NCBI GenBank assembly: GCA_039025235.1
Contig: JBCCOS010000003.1
Coordinates: forward strand, 72,659 to 136,658
Reading direction: 5' to 3'
DNA from: Pseudomonadota bacterium
GTDB taxonomy: Bacteria > Pseudomonadota > Alphaproteobacteria > Caulobacterales > Parvularculaceae
DNA: 64,000 nucleotides
Every line of letters starts with the position of its first letter. Position 1 is the first letter of the stretch. Shown in pieces: positions 38,065 to 46,497 of the stretch. Position numbers and translations under genes: made by a program. The notes below the pieces were generated by a model. It had not been told where the DNA came from, ran no database searches, and was given only the letters and a program-made list of their open reading frames with translations.

Positions 38065-39289
38065 TAAAGGCGGTTGTGGCTACCGCATAGAGTGCTGCAA
38101 GTAAGCCCATGCGCATTGTCGATTTTTTGCGAAAAAATATTGCTACCGGGATAAGCAAGCCATTGGCGATGATTAAAAACCAGGCGGTGTTTGGGCTTGG
38201 CGCCAATTCAGCAAGGGGCGGGGGTTGAAAGCCTCCTGACGATAGCCCCTTGGCAAGCCAAGGAAGCCCTCTTGCCATGTCAATGGAAATGACAAGACCG
38301 ATATAGGCTTTCGAAATATCCGTGAGGGCAATCTCCGTTGTGCGCAGAAAGCTCACGGCTTTCGTGGTCAGAGAGAACGCGTACTCCCGTCCAGCAATGA
38401 GGCCGAGGAAGACCCATGTTGTGGACATCGGGACATTGTTCACTTCTTTGAAATAGAACAGCAGCGAGGCATAGATAAAATCGATAATGGTGGCTGATCG
38501 GATGTCTGTAACAGCGGTTTTTGACTGCAAAATACGTTGCACCGGCCCCCCACTATTCCAGAACGTATAACCGAGCAGCAATATTGTAACGATAACGGCT
38601 GCAATCGCTTCGGCGGGATTAAGGCCAGAGCCGATGGTCACACCGTCATCGCGGGGTAGAAAGACAAAGATATTGGCAAAATCCTGCATCAACCAGACGG
38701 CCCATAAATAGCTCGTGGTGATCCATTGCAAAGCAACCCAGCCCGGATGGTGCTGTTGGTGTTCGGTTCGGCGGAAAAAATTTTCAACCGTGCGTGACAG
38801 GATAAGATAAACGCCACCACCAACGGAAAAGGCGAGGCCATAACCAATAAGAGATTTTTGTAACATGGACGATAGCCCGCTCATGGTGACAAATATCGTC
38901 AGGACCATGAATGTCGTCGAAACAGGCACACCAAACCGTGTTAAGAATAAAAGCATCAGTGGCGGCAACGCGTGGTACCACTGCGGATCAAAAATTGGAT
39001 ATTTTTCCGTGTTCTCGAGGCGTCCGTAGGATGGGTCGCAACCCACTGCGAAATTACATAACTCTTTAAACGTTCCGTCAGGGTTTCTAAGTTCGCCGCC
39101 GTCGGTGACATACCCGAAGGCAAAGACCAACACGAGGACAGTGGCGGCGAAAATAAATAGGACCCACCAGGGCAAACGCCGATTGGAGTTTATGAAAGTC
39201 CCAAGCGTTTGCAGTGCATCGTTTCCGACAACCGCATAGGCTGCAAAGAAAAATCCAAGCGCAGCCCAAAAACTGATATCAAACGCCAT
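38045..39289 (-). CDS. polytopic membrane protein of unknown function (weak PiT/PHO4-like motif)
   Basis: 414 aa, about 10-12 TM segments. The N-terminal VGNDALQTLGTF distantly resembles the GANDVANxxGT signature of PiT transporters. Its 3' end overlaps the convergent gene by 20 bp. Confidence 0.5.
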   Translation of the reverse strand: MAFDISFWAALGFFFAAYAVVGNDALQTLGTFINSNRRLPWWVLFIFAATVLVLVFAFGYVTDGGELRNPDGTFKELCNFAVGCDPSYGRLENTEKYPIFDPQWYHALPPLMLLFLTRFGVPVSTTFMVLTIFVTMSGLSSMLQKSLIGYGLAFSVGGGVYLILSRTVENFFRRTEHQQHHPGWVALQWITTSYLWAVWLMQDFANIFVFLPRDDGVTIGSGLNPAEAIAAVIVTILLLGYTFWNSGGPVQRILQSKTAVTDIRSATIIDFIYASLLFYFKEVNNVPMSTTWVFLGLIAGREYAFSLTTKAVSFLRTTEIALTDISKAYIGLVISIDMARGLPWLAKGLSSGGFQPPPLAELAPSPNTAWFLIIANGLLIPVAIFFRKKSTMRMGLLAALYAVATTAFIILPIF

Positions 39290-39297
39290 CCATTTCC

Positions 39298-39325
39298 CCG
39301 TTAATCATTTCCGGTTAATCATTTC
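39298..39325. repeat. 14-bp x2 tandem repeat
   Basis: ccgttaatcatttc / cggttaatcatttc, immediately upstream of the 39289 start codon. Confidence 0.85.
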
Positions 39326-39752
39326 GAAGTATTTGCCTGTCGCTTGCTCTCTTAAGCCTCTGTTTTTCAGACGAAAAGCCGATATTTGACAACGCGGTAA
39401 ACGTCATCCATCGCAAAGAAGAGTGAGGTGGGACGCTACGTCCCCTTAACGCAGCGCTGAAGTTATTTAAACTCTTACCTGCGTGGCACCGAATTATGTC
39501 ACTTTGATAACGATATTATTTTGCGAAACAAAAACCGGAACCAAGATTGATATCGTAGTAAGAAAAACTGGCATTGGGGATCCATCGGCTTTGCCATTTC
39601 ACGGGCAAAAAAATGAGGCGGTCGATGGCTTCTTCACTTGGTAAAGCCTCAAAACCACAGGTTTCAAGAGGCGTGTGGGAATAGGGCACCAAACCGGGCG
39701 CTGAGATGCTGTTTTAGAGAATAAATTAAATTGACTTGTAGGACTGTATGAC

Positions 39753-40931
39753 TTGCAAGCGAGTAAGATCGGGACGACGAGCGCTTTGGATCAACAAACT
39801 TCAAAAGTAATTGCCTTTCCGTCGTCAGATGGGGCGCCGGCAATAAAGCATTCGGAGAATACGCCTCAGCTGCAAAAGTCAGAGGAGTCACCGTCACAAG
39901 TCGTTTTGCCCGATGCACCAAGTGACCATCCAGCCGTCTTGCGCCCTAAAACCGGTGTTTTGCTGGTGAACCTCGGAACGCCAGACGCGCCGACAGGTAA
40001 AGCCGTTAAACGCTATCTTGCAGAGTTTTTGAGCGACAAAAGAATTGTTGATTATCCACGTATATTATGGACGCCACTCCTTTACGGGGTAATTTTAAAC
40101 GTTCGACCGTCGAAAACAGCAAAGGCGTATGCCTCGATTTGGCGTAAAGAAAGTGATGAGTCGCCCTTGCGGTTCCACACGCGAACGCTTGCTGCCGATA
40201 TTGAAAATCGTTTTGACGGCGGGGTTCGGGTCGATTGGGCAATGCGCTACGGCTCTCCATCGGTCGCCGATCGGCTGGCCGCTTTAAAAGCGCAAGGGTG
40301 TGATCGCATTCTCGTGGCGCCGCTTTACCCGCAATACTCGGTGACGACGACTGCGAGTGTTCATGACGCCGTCTTCGATGCGATTAAGAGCCATTGGTGG
40401 CAGCCCGCTTTGCGGACGGTTCCGGCGTTCCATGATCACCCTTCTTATATTGACGCGTTAGCCGCTGGCGCGCGCGCGCATTTGGAATCGCTAAAGTGGG
40501 CGCCTGAACGGGTCATTCTATCTTTTCACGGATTACCAGAGCGATATCTGCAGTCCGGTGACCCGTACCATTGCCATTGTGCGAAGACAGCGCGGCTCTT
40601 GCGCGAAAAGATGGGTTGGTCAAAAGAGTTCGCGCCCCTTTCGTTCCAATCGAAGTTCGGTCCGGAGAAATGGCTCACGCCAGCAACCGACGATATGATT
40701 ACGGCGTCCGCCGAAGAAGGCCTGCGCAATCTTGCGGTGATGACACCAGGCTTCGTTGCAGACTGCCTTGAGACGTTGGAGGAAATTGCCATTGAGGGGC
40801 GGGAGACCTTTATTGAAAATGGCGGTCAAGAATTTACCGCTGTTCCTTGTCTCAACGCGTCTGAGGGAATGACCGATTTAATGGAGACCCTCATCAAAAC
40901 GGAAACGGCTGGCTGGTTGGCAGCGACATAG
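39753..40931 (+). CDS. hemH: ferrochelatase with N-terminal extension
   Basis: GVLLVNLGTPDAPT..AVKRYLAEFLSDKRIVD, PLYPQYSVTT and SFHGLPERY motifs. About 60 extra low-complexity N-terminal residues, so the true start may be internal. Confidence 0.93.
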   Translation: MQASKIGTTSALDQQTSKVIAFPSSDGAPAIKHSENTPQLQKSEESPSQVVLPDAPSDHPAVLRPKTGVLLVNLGTPDAPTGKAVKRYLAEFLSDKRIVDYPRILWTPLLYGVILNVRPSKTAKAYASIWRKESDESPLRFHTRTLAADIENRFDGGVRVDWAMRYGSPSVADRLAALKAQGCDRILVAPLYPQYSVTTTASVHDAVFDAIKSHWWQPALRTVPAFHDHPSYIDALAAGARAHLESLKWAPERVILSFHGLPERYLQSGDPYHCHCAKTARLLREKMGWSKEFAPLSFQSKFGPEKWLTPATDDMITASAEEGLRNLAVMTPGFVADCLETLEEIAIEGRETFIENGGQEFTAVPCLNASEGMTDLMETLIKTETAGWLAAT

Positions 40932-41024
40932 TTCCTCCCCCGGGGTGCGTTGGCATGATGCCGCTAACAAAATAAAACGCTTAAACCGCTGATTTTAATT
41001 ACTTAATGCCCTTCAACATTCCCT

Positions 41025-41927
41025 ATGCGGTGCTTTTTCTCTGATACATTCGATCTCAACCTGCCGGAGGGACATCGCTTTCCTGGCCGTAAATACGGCA
41101 TGTTGCGTCGATTGCTCATTGAGGAGGCGATCCTCAGACCGTCCGAGCTCATACAATCACCGCCCATAGACGACGCTGATCTTTTGCGTGCTCACGACCC
41201 GGCTTATGTCCGTGCGATTGAAACAGGTGAGATTGATCCATCCGCCATGCGGCGCATTGGCTTTCCCTGGTCGCCGCATATCCACAAACGTGCCCGTGCG
41301 ACGATGGGAGGTGCTCTTGCCGCCGCGCGGTCGGCCCTCAACGACGGGATCTCAGGACAACTCGCCGGTGGCACGCATCATGCCCATTATGATTTCGGAT
41401 CGGGGTATTGCGTTTTTAATGACTTCGCTTGCGTTGCCCTTGCGCTTCTGCACGAAGGCGCTGTCCGACGCATTGCGATCATTGACCTTGATGTGCACCA
41501 GGGCGATGGCAATGCGGCAATCCTCACTGCGAATCCAAGTGTTTTCGTATTTTCAGTGCACGGTGCGAAAAACTTTCCATTCAGAAAAGTCGCCTCCGAC
41601 CTTGATGTCGCCTTGCCTGACGAAACGGGCGATATGGAATACCTAGAAGCCCTTGAGACACATCTGCCGCGCGTATTCGCGTTTGAGCCTGATCTTGTCC
41701 TCTACCAAGCAGGCGTCGACCCTTTGCGCGAAGATAGACTCGGCCGCATGACCCTCACCTTTGATGGTCTTATGGCCCGCGACCGCATGGTGCTTGGGGC
41801 CTGCCGCGAACGCGGAATCCCCGTCTCAATGGCTATTGGCGGCGGCTATGCCGACCCGATAGAGGCCAGCGTCAAAGCCTATGCCAACACCTATAAAGTG
41901 GCGAAAGAGATTTATACGGATGTATAG
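41025..41927 (+). CDS. histone deacetylase-family (arginase-fold) deacetylase
   Basis: GGTHHAHYDFGSGYCVFND and DLDVHQGDGN catalytic motifs. Confidence 0.88.
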   Translation: MRCFFSDTFDLNLPEGHRFPGRKYGMLRRLLIEEAILRPSELIQSPPIDDADLLRAHDPAYVRAIETGEIDPSAMRRIGFPWSPHIHKRARATMGGALAAARSALNDGISGQLAGGTHHAHYDFGSGYCVFNDFACVALALLHEGAVRRIAIIDLDVHQGDGNAAILTANPSVFVFSVHGAKNFPFRKVASDLDVALPDETGDMEYLEALETHLPRVFAFEPDLVLYQAGVDPLREDRLGRMTLTFDGLMARDRMVLGACRERGIPVSMAIGGGYADPIEASVKAYANTYKVAKEIYTDV

Positions 41928-41950
41928 CGATGCGAGCCCGCTCTTTCTTG

Positions 41951-42056
41951 CTAAAGCAATTCCAAGCCAAGTGTGTGCGGTTGGCGCTAAGGAAATGCGT
42001 AAAATCAAAAACTTAAAGCGCCCTTCTGACTCCAATTCAAACGGAGGCGCTTTAAG
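41951..42056 (-). repeat. Family B modular repeat, copy B3 (inverted orientation)
   Basis: Reverse complement reads GCTTAAAGCGCCTCCGTTTGAATTGGAGTCAGAAGGGCGCTTTAAG followed by TTTTTGATTTTACGCATTTCCTTAGCGCCAACCGCACACACTTGGCTTGGAATTGCTTTAG. Confidence 0.9.
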
Positions 42057-43854
42057 CCTCAAAGCTTTCTGCATCCGGTTGGCTTTCGATGAAACGATTG
42101 TGTACGGATGTATAGGTTGAGCGGTAGAGTGCGTCTAGGTCTTTGGCGGAGAGGAATTGCTCTGAAAAGCCCGGATGCACGGGGTCAATGGTTGACTTGG
42201 CCGCCTCTTTCATGTGGGCAAGGAGACGACGAGGGTCTTCTAATCCCACTGACAGGCGGATGGTTGTGGGGGCAATGCCTGCTTCTTTTTGGGCCTCAGC
42301 AGATAATTCCGAGTGGCTGGTAAGGCCGGGGCAAAGGGCGAGGGAGTTGGTTTGCCCGAGGCTCACTTGCAGGCCTAACGCCGGTTCAAGGCTATCGAAG
42401 AACCGTTTGAAGGCGTCTTTGTCCACCTCTTCCATGTCAATCGTAAAGAGCCCTGCGGGCATGGCATTTTTCATGGTGCTGCGGAAGGTCTGGTGGTTTG
42501 GGTGCGTTTCGATTGCCGGGCAATTGACGTTGATTTTCGGGTGTGCATTAAGGGCGTTCGCTAAGGTCAGTGTATTGACGGCTTTATGAACCACCCGCAA
42601 TTCATAGGTTTTGAGGCCATTCAATACTTCATAGGCTTTATCGGAATCGAGAAACGCGCCTTTCACATAGTAGACGTTCCAGAACATGGTCTCGTCCCAG
42701 TTAATTGTCTCTTCGCTGCCGTCGTATTTCGTCACGGACAGGCTATCCCCTTTTGGCATAAACATCCGCTCGGCCTTGCCGATGACAACGCCAGCGGTTG
42801 TTGCCCCGCCGCCGGTCATTTCTTTGGTATAGGAATGGATGACATAGTCGGGCCGGGCGATCTCGTCTTTGTGTTTTAGGACAGGATACAAGAACGGCGT
42901 TCCAACGGTGGTGTCGCAGGCGACGGTCCAGCCGTGTTCATGCGCGATCCGTGAAATGGCTGCGACGTCCAGCACATTTCCATGGGGATTGCACGGGCTT
43001 TCCACATAAACATAAATCCGACGGCCTTTCGCTATTCTGTCGGCGTATTTTTGCTCTGCTGCTTTGAGCGCCGCATCAAACGCTACACCGTCAAAGCCAT
43101 CGAACCATTCTATGGCGACATTTAAATTCCCTGGTTTGCCATACCAGTCATGGAGCAATTGATAAGTCCCGCCATAGACATTGCGGGATGAGAGAATGAT
43201 GTCTTCATAGCCAACTAGGTGTGAAAGCAGGCCATCAATAGCGGCCATGCCAGAGTTATAATTCCAGGCAAGGTATCGGTTCGCCTCATGGCCGCATTCC
43301 AGATCAACGATGTGGTTGGCGAGGCTAATTGATGTGGGGTTCAAAAGCCGCGAGTAAATTTCGTGTAATGGCTCGCGACCCGTAAACGCGTCTTCCACCC
43401 ATTCGGTGCAGGCGAAGAGATAGGTTGCCGTCCGTGTAATGACGGGAGTTGCTGAGAAAAGCGCTGTCACATTATCGAACAGCGGATAGGGGCCTTTGAC
43501 AGCAAAACCTGGATGTCCGGTCACCAGTGATTGGTAACTCGCGCGCATCGGATTTTGCAGCGTATCCAGAACTTTAGCGAGTTGGAAGCATATGAACCGT
43601 TTTGCGTTGAACCAGGCAATACGGTCCGACCGGTCCAATGTGCCAAGGTGCTCTGCTGTCGTTTTGCAAATCGCGTCAGCATCGCCGTTCAGCGCATAAA
43701 GCCGTGTTGCAAAATCCAGAAGAGCCGCTCCATAGGCGCTGTCTGGATTTACGCCAAAATGCGCAAGCTGTTCGCTGGCGAGCTTCTCCGGATCGGATGC
43801 GTTTGTGGTGTTCCGTAGGGGACTTAATTGGCGTAGCGCTTTAACATCCGACAT
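42052..43854 (-). CDS. Cys/Met-metabolism PLP-dependent enzyme family protein, atypically long (600 aa)
   Basis: YSRLLNPTSISLANHIVDLECG, YVESPCNPHG, HSYTKEMTGGG (PLP-lysine region) and IRLSVGLEDP match the trans-sulfuration/gamma-lyase family. It also has a ~170-aa N-terminal extension and internal inserts. Confidence 0.75.
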   Translation of the reverse strand: MSDVKALRQLSPLRNTTNASDPEKLASEQLAHFGVNPDSAYGAALLDFATRLYALNGDADAICKTTAEHLGTLDRSDRIAWFNAKRFICFQLAKVLDTLQNPMRASYQSLVTGHPGFAVKGPYPLFDNVTALFSATPVITRTATYLFACTEWVEDAFTGREPLHEIYSRLLNPTSISLANHIVDLECGHEANRYLAWNYNSGMAAIDGLLSHLVGYEDIILSSRNVYGGTYQLLHDWYGKPGNLNVAIEWFDGFDGVAFDAALKAAEQKYADRIAKGRRIYVYVESPCNPHGNVLDVAAISRIAHEHGWTVACDTTVGTPFLYPVLKHKDEIARPDYVIHSYTKEMTGGGATTAGVVIGKAERMFMPKGDSLSVTKYDGSEETINWDETMFWNVYYVKGAFLDSDKAYEVLNGLKTYELRVVHKAVNTLTLANALNAHPKINVNCPAIETHPNHQTFRSTMKNAMPAGLFTIDMEEVDKDAFKRFFDSLEPALGLQVSLGQTNSLALCPGLTSHSELSAEAQKEAGIAPTTIRLSVGLEDPRRLLAHMKEAAKSTIDPVHPGFSEQFLSAKDLDALYRSTYTSVHNRFIESQPDAESFEA

Positions 43855-44021
43855 CTCAGACCTCTTTTCGAATAAATGGTGCGAAGTTCTGCCTAAAATA
43901 TGGGAAAAAAAGCGTAGAGTGATCGAAAAATACGATAAATTATTGCTTTATACTCAGAAATTCGCCAAATTTGAGGCAGAATCTATCAAAATTGGGGGTT
44001 AACGGCGATAGGATAGTCACT

Positions 44022-44480
44022 ATGGATTCAAAAGATCGAGAAATCATCCGCGAGTTGCAATTGAACGGGCGTCTTACCAACCAAGAATTATCTGACCGCG
44101 TGAATCTCTCTCCATCTCCCTGTCTTCGACGACTTCGCGCCCTGGAGGCTGAGGGAGTGATTACCGGATATACGGCCCTGGTGGATCAGGAATTATTTGG
44201 ATTGCCCCTCACGGTTTTTATTCAAGTTTCTCTCGATAAACACGATGAGAAAACCGTCGGGCGGTTCGAGGATTATATTCGGAAAATTGATGAAATTCTG
44301 GAGTGCTGGATGACAACGGGCGACGCTGACTATCTATTACGTGTGGTCGCGTCGAGTATTGACGATTATGAAAAATTTATCCGTACACGATTACATCGTA
44401 TTCCAGGGGTAGGATCAATTGATACAAGCTTTGCCTATGGACGGATCAAACGGTCTTTCGTTTATCCAAATAAAGAGTAG
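44022..44480 (+). CDS. Lrp/AsnC family transcriptional regulator
   Basis: MDSKDREIIRELQLNGRLTNQELSDRVNLSPSPCLRRLRALEAEGVITGY plus a RAM/ligand domain. ATG at 44022. Confidence 0.92.
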   Translation: MDSKDREIIRELQLNGRLTNQELSDRVNLSPSPCLRRLRALEAEGVITGYTALVDQELFGLPLTVFIQVSLDKHDEKTVGRFEDYIRKIDEILECWMTTGDADYLLRVVASSIDDYEKFIRTRLHRIPGVGSIDTSFAYGRIKRSFVYPNKE

Positions 44481-44485
44481 TTTGA

Positions 44486-44589
44486 TTAAAGCGTCGACAC
44501 TTCAATTGGAATCGGGACGACGCTTTAAGTCTTTGATTTTACGCATTTCCTTAACGCCAACCGCACACGCTTGGCCTGGAAATGCTTTT
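44486..44589 (+). repeat. Family B modular repeat, copy B4
   Basis: TTAAAGCGTCGACACTTCAATTGGAATCGGGACGACGCTTTAAG followed by TCTTTGATTTTACGCATTTCCTTAACGCCAACCGCACACGCTTGGCCTGGAAATGCTTTTAA. TTAA at both ends. Confidence 0.92.
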
Positions 44590-45205
44590 AAATAAAGGGG
44601 ATCAGAGGGATCCCTCGGTTGAACCGTTTTTCGCAACGTGAGAGTTGTGCTTGGTAATTACGCGCTGTACTGTCCACTATTCTTGCCGCGCGCTTGAGTG
44701 TGCTTTTACGGCGATAGGTCCCCCGCGCATACCCGGCCCAACCTTCATGATAGGCGAGGTATTGCCTGTAGCCATCGCTTAAGGAAATACCATTGCGTCG
44801 TCGCGATTCGGCCCCGTACCAGGCGACGAAATCGGCAGCATCGCGAAAGTTCTTCCGGCTTGCCCCGCGGTTGCCGGCTGATTTCTTATATTGATCCCAG
44901 GTTCCATCAAGGGCTTGAGGGTAACCGCGTGCGGATGATTTTCGCTTGCCCGGAAAGACAAATAGAAATTTACCCCGCTTTGGCTTGGCGCTGGCATCAA
45001 AGCCGGATTCCTGCCGGATAATGGCCAGCTGCAATGATTTGGGCATGCCCCACCGTTTCTGTGCTTTTTTCGTCGCTCTGTACCAGCTGCGTTTCTCTTC
45101 GAAAATATCACATGCATTACTGACATTTTGCGGCGGCGTTTTTGCGCACGCTGCTAGGGAACACAACGTAACAATGATCAGTGGCAAACGGCTTAGCATC
45201 GGCAT
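44588..45205 (-). CDS. transglycosylase SLT-domain lipoprotein
   Basis: Lipobox LCSLAAC, then LQLAIIRQESGFDASAKP (catalytic Glu context) and YLAYHEGWAGY. Its stop codon lies in the terminal TTAA of repeat B4. Confidence 0.75.
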   Translation of the reverse strand: MPMLSRLPLIIVTLCSLAACAKTPPQNVSNACDIFEEKRSWYRATKKAQKRWGMPKSLQLAIIRQESGFDASAKPKRGKFLFVFPGKRKSSARGYPQALDGTWDQYKKSAGNRGASRKNFRDAADFVAWYGAESRRRNGISLSDGYRQYLAYHEGWAGYARGTYRRKSTLKRAARIVDSTARNYQAQLSRCEKRFNRGIPLIPFI

Positions 45206-45221
45206 AAAAGTCTCCCCGGCA

Positions 45222-45265
45222 TTTAGAGCTTTTTGCGTTCCGATGGAATCGGAACGCTGCTCTAA
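45222..45265. repeat. isolated Family B hairpin module (diverged)
   Basis: TTAGAGCtttttgcgTTCCGATGGAATCggaacgctGCTCTAAG. Confidence 0.6.
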
Positions 45266-45365
45266 GTCCTTGTTTGGTCGCGCTTCTTTTGCCGAGTTGA
45301 TGGACGGGAACCATCAACCGATCACACGTATCGGCGAAGCGCTCTATAGTATCGCACAAAAAGTG

Positions 45366-45410
45366 TTTAAAGCCGTACCGTTTCAAATGGAATCGCTGAA
45401 CGGCTTTAGG
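45366..45410. repeat. isolated Family B hairpin module (diverged)
   Basis: TTTAAAGCcgtaccgTTTCAAATGGAATCgctgaacgGCTTTAGG. Abuts the stop of the threonine aldolase gene. Confidence 0.65.
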
Positions 45411-46497
45411 ACTTTTCGTTTATAAATCTATTTGCTTTGCTTAGGAATGCATCAATCTCCGCTTTGCTGGTTTGAAATGATGTGACCAATCGGTGCATTC
45501 GTTTGCATGATGGGGCCCCTGGTGTGTGCCAGGGAAAGAATATGAATTCACTCTCCAAAAGTGCTTCGGCAACGCCGTCTGGAAAAGAAACGAAGACTTC
45601 GTTTGCTTGTGTTGGTGAGCAGATTTTGCAGCCGCCTATCCCAGCAAGCCCCTCGGAGATCTGACGAGCGGCCGCATTCGCCTGGGTTGCCAGTTTCAAC
45701 CACAAGCCATCCGCGAGGTAGGTGTCGAACTGGGCTGAGATCAAGGCGGACTTTGAAAGTAAGTGTCCCGCGCGTTTTTGATAGAACGGAAATTCTTCTG
45801 CCTGCGCTTTATTAAAAAATACGACTGCTTCCGCGAGGGGGCATCCGTTTTTGGTGGCGCCGAATGATAGGGCGTCCACCCCGGCGCGCCAGGTGAGGTC
45901 TGCAGGAGAGACCCCAAGGCTTGCAACGGCATTCGCAAACCGTGCGCCGTCCATGTGTACGTTCATTCCCCGGTTTTTGGCGAACGTGCATAACGCCGTT
46001 AGTTCCTCTGGTGCGTAAACCGTCCCCAATTCCGTGGCTTGAGTCAGACAAAGCGTCGTCACCGGTTGGCTATGGGGGGGATGATTGGGCAACTGATCAA
46101 TGCGTGTGGCAATGGCTTTTGGTGTGAGTTTTCCATCGGCTCCGGGTATCGTGATGAGCTTTGCACCGCCAGTGAAAAACTCAGGCCCGCCGCCTTCGTC
46201 GAGAACAATATGTGCGGCCTCATGACAGACAATGGCACCATAGGGCGGCGTTAGAACGGATAGCGCCAACCCGTTTGCCGCGCCGCCTGTCGCAACAAAA
46301 AAGACGGTGACGTCGCGCTCAAAAATTTCGCAAAACCGGGCGCGGGCGCGTGCCGATAGAGGGTCGTCTCCATAGGCAGGAAAGTGTGCAGGCGCAGGAA
46401 AGTGTGCAGGTGCGCCAGTCTCAGATTGAAACGCGCGGACGAGGGCATCTGCGATTTCAGGCGCACAAAGGGACCAATTATCGGAAGCGAATGTCAT
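45406..46497 (-). CDS. ltaE: low-specificity L-threonine aldolase family protein
   Basis: FASDNWS..., HMDGARFANA and FGATKNG (PLP-Lys) are beta-eliminating lyase/threonine aldolase motifs. Confidence 0.85.
   Translation of the reverse strand: MTFASDNWSLCAPEIADALVRAFQSETGAPAHFPAPAHFPAYGDDPLSARARARFCEIFERDVTVFFVATGGAANGLALSVLTPPYGAIVCHEAAHIVLDEGGGPEFFTGGAKLITIPGADGKLTPKAIATRIDQLPNHPPHSQPVTTLCLTQATELGTVYAPEELTALCTFAKNRGMNVHMDGARFANAVASLGVSPADLTWRAGVDALSFGATKNGCPLAEAVVFFNKAQAEEFPFYQKRAGHLLSKSALISAQFDTYLADGLWLKLATQANAAARQISEGLAGIGGCKICSPTQANEVFVSFPDGVAEALLESEFIFFPWHTPGAPSCKRMHRLVTSFQTSKAEIDAFLSKANRFINEKS
46376..46411. repeat. 18-bp x2 in-frame tandem duplication in the threonine aldolase gene
   Basis: gcaggaaagtgtgcaggc / gcaggaaagtgtgcaggt. 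Encodes APAHFPAPAHFPA. Confidence 0.9.
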
